64,000 nucleotides of DNA, taken from the NCBI GenBank assembly GCA_965217865.1, contig CBDCJO010000002.1:384001-448000 (forward strand), read 5' to 3'. Under the pieces are notes generated by a model, which ran no database searches, was not told the DNA's origin, and saw only the letters and a list, made by a program, of their open reading frames with translations. A program made the position numbers and the translations under genes. Below, piece after piece: positions 1 to 10,300 of the stretch. Origin of the DNA: Candidatus Latescibacterota bacterium. GTDB taxonomy: Bacteria > Latescibacterota > UBA2968 > SICM01. Position 1 is the stretch's first letter, and the number at the start of each line of letters is the position of its first letter.

Positions 1-698
1 TGGCCCGGCGCACCTTCGAGGCCCTGCTCGAGCGTTATCCCGCCGAGCGCGTGGCGGCCAATCATGTCTTCGTCCTCGAAGAGCTGCGCCGACAGATCGA
101 AACGGAACGCGACCGCATGTCGCGCGAGGTCTTTCGTGACCTCTTGGAGTCGGGAAAGATGCGTTTTCTGGTCGTAGCGGAGGATCTCGAATTCAATCGC
201 CTTCCCGCGAAGATCGAGATTCCGAAGGCGAAGCAGGCGAACAGGGAGGACGGCAGCCCCTACCAGCGCAACCTCTTCGACGTCACCACGGAGGACGATC
301 TCAACCAGTTCGAGAACAAGGTCGCGACCTATCTGGACCAGCAGGCACGGCTCTTCTTCTGGTACCGCAACCGCGCCCGCAAGGACTATTACGTGCAGGG
401 ATGGAAGCCGAGCCGGATCTACGCTGACTTCATCGTGACCCTACGGGATGACGAGCCCGGGGCGGACGACGGCTTCCACCAGGTGTTCGTGGTCGAAACC
501 AAGGGCGTTCACCTGAAGGCGTCGGAGGACACCGAATACAAGCGATCCATCTTCGACATCTGCAGCGAGCACGCCCGCAAGACCGATTGGGCCGAGTTCG
601 TGCCCGCGATGCGGAGCAAGGTGATGCGCTTCGAGGTCGTGGATGAGGACGAGTGGCAGGCGCGGCTGAATGGGATGCTGTTTCAGGCAAGAGCGTGA
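1..698 (+). CDS. C-terminal part of a type III-like restriction endonuclease (Res) / helicase-nuclease; 5' end lies outside the window
   Basis: Frame is open from position 3. The C-terminal LNQFENKVATYLD...WYRN...IYADFIV...VVETKG matches the PD-(D/E)xK nuclease tail of type III Res proteins. Confidence 0.75.
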   Translation, partial: ARRTFEALLERYPAERVAANHVFVLEELRRQIETERDRMSREVFRDLLESGKMRFLVVAEDLEFNRLPAKIEIPKAKQANREDGSPYQRNLFDVTTEDDLNQFENKVATYLDQQARLFFWYRNRARKDYYVQGWKPSRIYADFIVTLRDDEPGADDGFHQVFVVETKGVHLKASEDTEYKRSIFDICSEHARKTDWAEFVPAMRSKVMRFEVVDEDEWQARLNGMLFQARA

Positions 699-962
699 AG
701 GAACTCGGCGAGTCGAACGCGTCGGCACCGTTCGCCGTGATCGGCAAGGAAGTCCTAGCGGGGACGACCACCACCGCCTCGGCCCGCGGGCCAGCGCATG
801 CCGTGTGTCCCGTTCACCCCACCGAACCGCCGCTCTTGCTCCGGGATGCATGATGCCTTGGTGCGGGACGCCCAGCCAACCAGTCTCCCCTTGATGTTCC
901 CCAGTGTCGTGACCACGGCCGCAACAGCCGGGCTTCCCCTTCACCCAACGACGTCCTGACCA

Positions 963-1826
963 ATGCCTCTTCAGATGGCCTCTGGCAAGCTGTTCCGCTC
1001 CGAACCTGCCCGTACCAACGAGCTTCGGGGCATCCTCTACTCCAATCTTGTTCTTCTCGATCCCCTACAGACGAACGCGGGGAGACTGGTGCCAACAGAT
1101 AGCCTACGGCCAGGCGGTATCGTATACGAGATGAAAGAGCACATGGAGCATCCCCCCGAAGCCGGGGTCTTAGTATCTCGCGGGATCAATCCATACTTGT
1201 CTGACTTTGCCGCGGTCACTGCATTTGGGCTGAACGTAGTTTGCACCTCCGACCCGGATCTCAAGCGCCGATTGATGGTTGGTCCACCAGCTCCAACTAC
1301 GGGTACGATGCCGAAGATATTTGTGAGTACTACGTTTTCCGAGCAGGTGTATTGCACGCCACAACAAGCCAGAAAGTTCGCTGATTTCGTTGGTCAACTA
1401 ATAGGTCTTCGACGGGAGATCTTCTTGGCCTCCATGCGTGCAATTCGGACGTTTGCCACTGGGATGCAGCGGCTGGGCGACGATCTTGATGCCGCTTATA
1501 CATTGTTGCTATCGTCACCGGAGCCGTTGCTTCCGCACTTCGATACTGAGGAGCCGACCTGGAACGATTATCCGGAGAATAGACGCCAACCCATCGACCG
1601 CGCGCTTCGGACTGCGAATGAACAGACACGGCGAGATGTCCAACAGACCCTGCTCGGGTTGGATAAGAACTCCGTTGCTCGCCGATTTCGCCTTCTTGTA
1701 GATGGCCATTTGGACGCATCATTCTTCCGCGAGGAGGCGGCCGAGGGGGTCTCACCCGTCGGCCGCTCCGAGTTGCATCGGTGCTTGGGGCACGCATACG
1801 CTCTGAGGTCGAGCTACCTACATCCA
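963..1826 (+). pseudogene. Hypothetical protein with HEPN-like RxxxxH motif, 3'-truncated; ORF reads on to 2081 into unrelated sequence
   Basis: Helical protein ending ...LGHAYALRSSYLH (R-x4-H at 1806-1823). Sequence after this looks non-coding or chimeric. Confidence 0.5.
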
Positions 1827-2064
1827 GGCCCTGCTGTCGAAGGCGCTAGCTACGGAGCAGGTGACGTGAGAGGAGATCGGCGCTCGATGGCTGACCGGGT
1901 TCTCGTCTTTATGGAAGCCCCCGACCGGGCCTGCCGGGAGCGGGCCTTCGTCAGACGGAAGCCGGAATTGGAATCGCCGCGAAGGAGGGTAAGACAGAGT
2001 GATGACGGACGCATTCGAGCCGGGTCTGGAGATGTCACCCGAATTCTGAGGCTGCCGGCCGCCC

Positions 2065-2127
2065 GGTGCGCTCGGAGATGAGCTTCTGCTCGAACTGGGC
2101 GAACGACAGCAGGATGTTCAAGGTGAA
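2065..2127 (-). pseudogene. Serine recombinase/resolvase fragment
   Basis: Minus-strand translation FTLNILLSFAQFEQKLISERT resembles the resolvase helix-E motif (TLNILLSFAQFERE.I.ER). Confidence 0.6.
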
Positions 2128-2129
2128 CG

Positions 2130-2480
2130 GAGAAGGCGCTGAAGCTTCTTATTTGGCGAAAAGGACAGACACCGCCTTATACCCACGAGCTTTCTACGCT
2201 GGCAGATCGAGCAGAGAGTCTAGGCGCTGGGGCCATTGATCGCATAAAGCTGGCGCTAATCCTGTCCGGACGCGACGCGACTGACATGCGGTATGGCGGC
2301 GATATGACACTGTCCAAGGCCGCTGACGCGTACGGTGCTGCACTTGCCATGATCTGGTAGATTGTCTTCGAAGCCAAACCCGGAACCGAATACAACGTGC
2401 GCGAGGCGCGGTTCAAAATTCGACGGCCGCTTTGGTTCGACTTCGACACAAGCGCGTTCAGTAAGAAATTGCGCTCATAG
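2130..2480 (+). pseudogene. HEPN-domain protein fragment (5'-truncated, internal stop at 2358-2360)
   Basis: Not in the ORF track. Reads EKALKLLIWRKGQTPPYTHELSTL...DMRYGG, the classic HEPN EKALK/THxL/RY pattern. Confidence 0.65.
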
Positions 2481-2735
2481 GTTGATCGCCAAGGCGGCAA
2501 ATGAAGGATGTGTTTGGTTTCTGATCCCCATGAGGGGTAGTGAGATCCACCGTGATTGATGTGGGGGCTAACTTGGGCATTCGACCTTATTATTGTTGTT
2601 GTTCCTTCTTTGGAGGTGTTATGCCAAATATGGTATTATTTCCTGAACGATCCACCCGTGTGCCAGCGCTCACAGCCGTGATCGAGAGGCATACCGGACA
2701 TTGATAACTGCGCAATTGCTTACAAGGGGGCAGAG

Positions 2736-4631
2736 GTGTTCAAGACCAATCCCGTACAATTGAAGAAGTTGCTTGATGATGTGGAAGCTGGCCATATCCA
2801 GCTACCGGACTTCCAGCGTGGCTGGATTTGGGATGACGACCGCGTCAAAGGCCTAATGGCAAGCATCTCCCAAGGCTTCCCAATCGGGGCAGTGATGACG
2901 CTAGGGTCGGGAGGCAACATTCGTTTCAAATACCGTCCCATTGAAGGCGTACCTGACAATGACATCAATGCGCCCGACGAATTCCTCCTGGACGGGCAGC
3001 AGCGGCTCACGTCACTGTACCAAGCTCTGCGTCACCCTGACGCGGTTGCCACAAAAGATAGTATGGGCAAGCGGATTGAGCGCTGGTACTACATCGACAT
3101 GATTCATGCACTGGATCCTAATGTTGACCGAGAAGAAGCAATTTTAAGTATTCCGATACAAAGAAAACTTGCACGGGATTTCGGGCGAGAAATCTTTCTA
3201 GATCTGTCTTCTCCTAAACTGGAATACGAGCACCACATGATGCCAACAGAGCACCTTCTGGATGCTATGGATTGGCTGTTTGCATATAACGACCACTGGC
3301 AGAATAGTCCGAACAAACATCCAGCAGGTGATATAGCGGGTTTTAGGAACGAGTTCGTGAATAACATCGTGAATAATTTCACCGGATACTCGCTGCCGGT
3401 TATCAGTTTGAACAAGGAAACACCGAAAGAGGCCGTCTGCACGGTTTTTGAGAAGGTGAACACCGGCGGCGTTACCCTGAACACGTTCGAACTGGTGACG
3501 GCGGTATTTGCGGCCGAGGATTATTCGTTGCGAGACGACTGGAAGGAAAGGCAGCACCGCCTGCACTCCAACTATGCCGTCCTGCAAGGCATTGAAGGTG
3601 AGCAGTTTCTTCAGGCTGTTACGCTGCTGACGAGCCAACAGCGTCGGAGACAGGATTCGGACGGCAACTCTCCGCAGCAAGCCCCCGCCATCAGTTGCAA
3701 GAAGCGCGATATCCTCGACCTCACCCTGCGCGACTATCGCGATTGGGCAGACAAGGTGCAATCCGGCTTCATTGAGGCGGCCAAGTTCCTGCACAGACAG
3801 TTTGTGTTCGCAAAGCATGATGTGCCGTACAACACACAGCTTGTATCGTTGGCTGTGCTCTACACAGAATTGGGTAACGAACTAAAACCCGCTACCGCTA
3901 CGGAGCGACTAGAACGCTGGTATTGGACGGGCATCTTCAGCGAGGCATATGGTGGCGGAACAGAAACCCAGTTTGCCAAAGATCTGGCGGAAGTTGCCGA
4001 ATACATCCGGAGCGGGGCGGAACCACGGCTCGTGACGGAAGCCAGTTTCATCCCCGAGCGTTTGATTTCGCTGCGCACCAGAAGAAGTGCCGCCTATAAG
4101 GGCCTTTATGCGCTTCAGATGAAAAATGGAGCAGCAGACTGGCGAACCGGGAAACCCCTGTCTCTTGCTACCTGGCACGCAGACAATATCGACATTCATC
4201 ATGTTTTTCCCGTAGCATGGTGCACGGATGACAAGCGTAATGTATCGAAGCGGCTATATGACTCGGCCATCAACAAGACGCCGGTCGATGCCCAAACCAA
4301 TCGTATCATCGGCGGTCAAAGCCCCTCGATTTACCTCGCCAAGCTTGATCGGCAAATCAAGAGTCTGGATCAATTACTTTTGACACACTGGTTGAAGCCA
4401 GATCTACTGCGCAACGACCAGTTCAGGGAATCGTTTGTGGAGCGCGGTCAAGCCATGCTTCAGCTAATTCACAAGGCCATGGGAAAGCAGGCGGTCGATG
4501 GTCGCGATGCATTCCAGAATGCGCTCACCTCTGTTGGCGACGCCGACAAGTTCGATGAAGATGTCAGCGATTACGACGTAGTGGGAGATGCAGCTTACTC
4601 TGATGTGAACGAGGGCGAGAGTGAGGAATAG
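2736..4631 (+). CDS. gmrSD: GmrSD-family (DUF262 + C-terminal HNH-like) modification-dependent restriction endonuclease
   Basis: QLPDFQRGWIW, LLDGQQRLTSL, VFEKVNTGG and DIHHVFP motifs; intact 631-aa ORF. Confidence 0.88.
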   Translation: MFKTNPVQLKKLLDDVEAGHIQLPDFQRGWIWDDDRVKGLMASISQGFPIGAVMTLGSGGNIRFKYRPIEGVPDNDINAPDEFLLDGQQRLTSLYQALRHPDAVATKDSMGKRIERWYYIDMIHALDPNVDREEAILSIPIQRKLARDFGREIFLDLSSPKLEYEHHMMPTEHLLDAMDWLFAYNDHWQNSPNKHPAGDIAGFRNEFVNNIVNNFTGYSLPVISLNKETPKEAVCTVFEKVNTGGVTLNTFELVTAVFAAEDYSLRDDWKERQHRLHSNYAVLQGIEGEQFLQAVTLLTSQQRRRQDSDGNSPQQAPAISCKKRDILDLTLRDYRDWADKVQSGFIEAAKFLHRQFVFAKHDVPYNTQLVSLAVLYTELGNELKPATATERLERWYWTGIFSEAYGGGTETQFAKDLAEVAEYIRSGAEPRLVTEASFIPERLISLRTRRSAAYKGLYALQMKNGAADWRTGKPLSLATWHADNIDIHHVFPVAWCTDDKRNVSKRLYDSAINKTPVDAQTNRIIGGQSPSIYLAKLDRQIKSLDQLLLTHWLKPDLLRNDQFRESFVERGQAMLQLIHKAMGKQAVDGRDAFQNALTSVGDADKFDEDVSDYDVVGDAAYSDVNEGESEE

Positions 4632-4740
4632 CAGGCTGCGCCGTAGAGACTGGCGAAGGGGGGGCGTAAAAGTGAATTGCCCTCCCATACCGTAAACCGC
4701 ATGTCCGCCTTTTGGTTTGCAAGCAATTTCCGTAGGCTGA

Positions 4741-4762
4741 AAACCACAATATGTTGTGGTTT
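4741..4762. promoter_or_regulatory. Palindromic site AAACCACAA-TATG-TTGTGGTTT (NrdR-box-like)
   Basis: Perfect 9-bp inverted repeat in an AT-rich intergenic segment. Confidence 0.3.
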
Positions 4763-4829
4763 TTGGCGGACGAAAATTATATATATTTTTAATAAACAAC
4801 ATGTTGCGAAGGTGCGATGTTGCGAAGGT

Positions 4830-5424
4830 GCGCATCACAGGCAGGCGCCACCCCAACTTTGCGGGAGAGCTCCTCTGCGGCCTGTATCAACCGCTGTCGT
4901 CTTCGTCGAGCTGGCTCAGGGGGATCCCCAGGAGCTCGGAGGCTTTTTTTTGGATCTCCAGCATCGCCTCCGCACGCTGTAAGCGCCGCTTCAGGCGGGC
5001 GTTTTCCCGCTCCAGTTGTTTGACCCTGGGATCTTCCGGCTTTGCCTTGGGACCTCGCTTCTTTTTGGCAAGGCCTTCCCTGGCGACTTGGTCTATCTGC
5101 CGCCGCCAGGTGGTCAGGTTTGAGGAATGCAGGCTTTCCCGTCTGAGAATCGCCCCAACCTCCCCGGGGGCCTTGCACTGATCGACTTCCCGGAGAATGT
5201 GCAGCTTGTATTCTGTCGTGAAACGGCGGCGCCTCGCCTTCTCCGAAACAGCCGGGTCCAGCACCGAACCATCGGCGCCTGTGGCAGGATCTCCAGTCGC
5301 CCTACGGGCTCCTTCCGCTCCTGCCACCCCATCGGACAAACTCAGTGACTTCATCATCCAATCCTCCTCACCCTCTACACTAAACTCAGCCGGGAAACTG
5401 TCTCACTATTATAGACACGGAGGG
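4830..5424 (-). mobile_element. Truncated IS3-family element: left end, orfA (4887-5357) and the first codons of orfB
   Basis: OrfA HTH RRRFTTEYKLHIL...GEVGAILRRE.L.SS.L..WR. A8G slippery site at 4943-4951 on the minus strand. OrfB start IQAAEELSRKVGVAPAC is cut at ~4830. Confidence 0.8.
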
Positions 5425-5457
5425 TAAATCCATAGGCCATTTAGGAGTAATTTAAGC

Positions 5458-7235
5458 TTGGATAACCGATTCTTCGAACAGCCAGTCCTGAACTCTCCCT
5501 ATGAGTACCCAAAGCAACACTGGGAGCTTGATGAGGACGGCCAGCCAACGCAGCGGATCATCGAAAGCCGCCGGAGCGCGAAGTTCGTCACTCCGATTCC
5601 CAAGCCGCGAAAGCGCAAGGGATCGGTTGAGCAGCGGGAGCTCGTTCTGGGGGAGGGCAGCGGTCTCTCTACGGAAGAGCAGCAGTACGACCCGACCTCC
5701 ATCATCAATGCGCTCCGGAGCCATGTGGACCGATGGCGAATGGTGTCAAACCCCAGTGACTGACAAGTGACGCCGGAGACGGCCCGCCTGCTCCAGCACT
5801 GGCGGCACCACAGGTTCAGTGACATCCGGCCGTTCTTTTGTCAAATAGAAGCCATCGAGACCGTTATCTGGCTTACGGAGGTGGCTCCAAGAGGACGGAA
5901 GGCGGGTCGAGATTTCCTGGACCATATTGCGAATGCCAATAAAGACGCGAACCCGGAACTCTTGCGGGTGGCGCTTAAACTAGTACCAACCTGCGGAAAT
6001 TCGCGTAATATGATTTCCTATCAAAAACAGGATGTTAAGGGCGGATTTGCACGCATAAACTTGCGCAACTAAGTACTAGCTACTGGAGCTGGCGAGACCA
6101 CGGTCATGGCCATGTTGATTGCCTGGCAGACAATAAACGCCCTGCGCCGACCGACCAGCAACAGATTCACCCGTGGGTTTCTGGTGGTGACACCCGGTTT
6201 GACGATCCGCGATCGGCTGCGGGTGCTCCAGCCGAACGATCCCGACAGTTATTATGTAAGTCGTGAACTTGTGCCTGGGGATATGATTGGGGACCTCGAA
6301 CGCGCCAAGATCGTGATTACCAACTTCCATTCTTTCAAACTCCGCGAGCGTTTGGATCTGTCGAAGGGCGGGCGCTCACTTCTCCAGGGACGGGGTGAAG
6401 CGCTGAACACCCTGGAAACCGAAGGACAGATGCTCCAGCGGGTGATCCCCGGCCTGATGGGGACGAAGAACATCATGGTGCTGAACGACGAGGGGCACCA
6501 TTGCTACCGGGAGAAACCAGGGGAAGCCGATGAAGGTGATCTGAAGGGCGATGACAGAAAAGAGGCGGAGAAGAACAGTGAGGCCGCACGACTATGGATC
6601 TCTGGCCTTGAGGCGGTGAAACGCAAACTCGAAATCGGGCGCCTGATTGACCTGTCGGCGACGCCGTTTTTCCTGCGGGGATCGGGATACGCTGAGGGCA
6701 CGCTGTTCCCCTGGACGATGAACGACTTTTCGCTTATGGATGCCATCGAATGCGGGATTGTCAAGCTCCCGCGTGTCCCGGTAGCGGACAACATACCCGG
6801 CGAGGAGATGCCCAAATTCCGCAACCTGTGGGAACACATTCGTGCGCGGATGCCGAAGAAAGGCCGTGGCAAGTCAAAGGCGCTCGACCCACTGGCCCTG
6901 CCTGTTGAGCTCCAGACCGCTCTGGAAGCGCTTTACGGGCACTATGAGAAGACCTACGATTTGTGGGGAGAGGCCGGGATCCGCGTTCCCCCCTGTTTTA
7001 TTATCGTCTGCAACAACACTTCGACGTCCAAGCTGGTGTACGACTATATCTCGGGCTTCCACCGGGAGAACGAAGACGGGTCAAACACGCTTGAGAACGG
7101 TCGTCTGGCTCTTTTTCGGAATTTCGACGAGCACGGCAATCCCCTCGGAAGGCCGCGGACGCTGCTGATCGACAGCGAGCAGCTGGAATCCGGTGACGCG
7201 TTGGACAAGGGTTTCCGCCATATGGCAAACGATGA
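5458..7235 (+). pseudogene. Type III restriction enzyme Res subunit (DEAD-box helicase), inactivated and 3'-truncated
   Basis: Three same-frame ORFs: NSPYEYP.QHWELD, RPFFCQIEAIET, ATGAG(E)TTVMAMLIAWQ, NDEGHHCY, DLSATPFF. TGA at 5761, insertion at 5984-6075, no nuclease domain. Confidence 0.88.
5980..6079. mobile_element. 92-bp MITE-like insertion with CTAG target-site duplication
   Basis: CTAG at 5980-5983 and 6076-6079 with imperfect terminal inverted repeats TAC...GTA. Removing it restores ALKL-ATGAG. Confidence 0.8.
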
Positions 7236-7366
7236 AGGCGCGAGCAGAGGAGGTTGCAGGCAGCGTTGATGCAGCTTGGGATCGATGAAGGGGTGCTCTC
7301 GCGGTTTGCCGAGATGGTTTTGGGTCGGGCGGAACGGTGCGCGCTGACGGTTCGGAGGTGATTCGC

Positions 7367-10300
7367 ATGGAACCAGACATCGATGATCGTGTCATCTTCC
7401 TTGGCGACGGGCTGCCGGCGATTCCCGAGCGCTTGTTGCTGGCGCATGCGCGTGGCGAAGTGCTGTTCATCTGTGGCGCCGGAATTTCGATGCCGGCAGG
7501 TCTGCCGGATTTTCGTGAACTCGTGCTCGGTGTTTATCAAAAGCTCGATAAGGCAGTTCATGGGGTGATCGTGGGCCTGCCGCATGACGTCTGCAACCAA
7601 TGGGAAGACAGCTGCTCAGGTCTTACCGAACGCCAAGCGGCCGAAGTGAGGCGGTTCGTTATTGGTGATCACGACGTTGTGCTTGGCATGCTCGAACGCC
7701 GCCTGGATGATGAGACACAAGGCGACAGCAGTGTGAGGCGCGAAGTCGTCACGCTCCTGCGCGCGGGAGGAAACAAGCCGGCGGCCATGCATCGCGCGCT
7801 CATGCGTCTCGCCGATCGCGGCGGCGCGGTGACGATTGTCACGACCAACTTCGATCTCCTGCTCGAGATGGCCGGGAAACGTCTTCAGTCTCCGGTCGAG
7901 ACCTATTCGCTGGGCTCAATCCCGCGTCCTACAAAGCGGACCGATTTCGCGGGCGTGCTCCATATCCACGGGGTGCTGAACACGAACCCACACCGGGTCT
8001 CCGAGCTTGTTCTCTCGGACCAAGATTTCGGTGAGTTTTACATGCGGCGGCGTGTTGTCCCGGATTTCATCTATGACACGGCTCGCCTGTTTCACCTCGT
8101 CCTGGTCGGCTATAGCGCCAACGACCCGCCGATGCGATATCTCCTGAATGCCGTTGCCGCGGATGGAACTCGTTTTGACGACCTCAAGGAGCGGTTTATC
8201 TTCTTCGGCGCCAGCCCGCGTGACCCTGTGGCGCTGGAAGATTGGAAAGCACGTGGGATTACTCCGATCCACTATGACTCCAAGGACGATCACGCGGTAC
8301 TGGGTGAGACGTTTGAACGGTGGGCGGAACTTTCTGCAATCAACGGAAAGACAAGAACGGTCGACAAAGAGATCCGGCGGATCGTGAAGGCAACCAAGGC
8401 CGACGCGCTCGAAGCGGACCACGACCTGTTCGATCACCTGCTTAGGCGAAGCAACGCCAGCGAACGCATTCGATTGTCGGCGTTGGTGTCCGGTGAAAAA
8501 GCGGATCTGGGCTGGCTCGACGCCATCGTGAAGATTGGCGCGGAGAAAGGAGCGGGAGCGCAATTCATGATTCCGCCTTGGGCGACTCTCGACGACAATG
8601 GTCGCGCCATGTCTCGGGCGACGGTTGCCTTTTTGAAGCATCGTCTTGCTGAGTCCGACACGATCGTGTGGGCATTGCGGTTAAATTCTGAACAGAACAT
8701 TGAGCGGATTGCGGTCACCCATTTGTTGAACAGCCCAAATGGGCCGGTGCTTGAGGAGCCCTGGGCAAGCGCATGGCGCCTGATCGAAGAGAGTTGGTCT
8801 CGTAACCTCGACGGGGAAGACCCCTCAATGGTGGATATCTACAATATCCAGCAACGGCTTCATGCAGGAGATCGATCCGGCGCGATCCTGTCCGCGATCG
8901 TGAACCTCGTTGCACCTGGCCTGAAAGTTCAACCGATCGACCCCTACTACAAGTGGCAGTTCCTCAAGAAGCCGCGCCGTCCGAGTCATCCGAGTCATCT
9001 GCTATCGGCGAGTCTGACGAGCGGCGAACTTGTTGATCTGAATATTCTTAGGCTGGCAGAACTCACGGAAGTCCCCTTTCTGATGGCTTTGGCGAATGCG
9101 CTTGAAGCGGCCGTCAACCACGGACTGGATATCGCCCGCCGGATCAGCGGGGATGGTGAACCGGAGCTTTGGCGATTGGGCTCACTGCACTGGGTCGGCT
9201 ACACCCAGGCCGCTCCTGAAGTAGATGGAGAAAATGAGCCTAATGCCTACAACCCCGGCATCGCTCCTGCCGTCAAATTCCTCCACGCTGTAGTAGCACG
9301 CATTGCCGAACTGGAACCCAGGTCAGCACGGCCATTCGTCCAGCGCTGGCGCTTTGTGAGTTCTCCGGTCCACATCCGACTGGGGGCGGCGGCCGCACTA
9401 AACCCTCTGTTGGCTTCGGCCGAGGAAGTCGCAAAATTTCTCATCGGGCTCAATGATCGTCAGTTCTGGGGTTTGCATGAATTCCCGGAAATCGCCAAAC
9501 TTCGGGCATTGCGTTTTGCCGAACTCGATCGCGAAACGCAAAGGGCGATCACCGCACGGCTCCGCAAACGCCCGCCGCGCGACCATTGGCTAAGGAAGTC
9601 GGACGCCGACCAAGTCAAGAACGCGCGTCTGTATTGGGCCGTTCGGGAACTCAAGCGGATTGAGATCGCCGGGGGCGACCTGCCGCGCGATGCGCGATTA
9701 TGGTTGGAAGCCGGGATCGGGCAGTTTGCCGATCTCGCCGAGATGAAGATCGACGACGGATTTCCCGGAGCACCTCAGGTTTCTGCCGTCCCTCGTTATC
9801 TCGACGACCGATACGATGCGCTTCAGGGCGACGCGCGATTGCGCACCCTGGAAAAGGCTTTGTCGACCGAACGAGGCGGCTGGGATGATGACTCAGCAAC
9901 ACGAGCGAGTAATTGGCTCCGACAATCGGACAAAACGGTCCTTGTCCTCGGCGATCTGGAAGCTGTCGAGGATGGCGGCGATAAGTTTCCAAGCGTGTGG
10001 AACCGCTTTAGCTGGGTGCATGCGCCCGGACAGCCGGAATCGGAAGTAGATTCGCAACGCGATCTGCAAGACGAAGCGGAACGCGTCCTCCGGCTCTTGG
10101 AAAAGCCGTCCGACAAGACCTTGTCAGCCCCCATCGAAGGTATCAGCCAATGGCTGTATGTCTGGAGAAAACAAATCATCGACTCGCCCCAGGTCTTGCG
10201 GGTGTGGCTGAGGATCTGGCCGATTGCGGTCGAAGCGACCAATGTCAATCAGCAATCGGAAGACGATGCTGGGGAACTCATGGATTACGACACGCTCAAT

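Noticed and set aside
7236-7362. Short frame LQAALMQLGIDEGVLSRFAEMVLGRAERCALTVRR ending at the SIR2 RBS, possibly the tail of a deleted partner gene (HipA-like)
   Set aside because: Too short to assign by eye.
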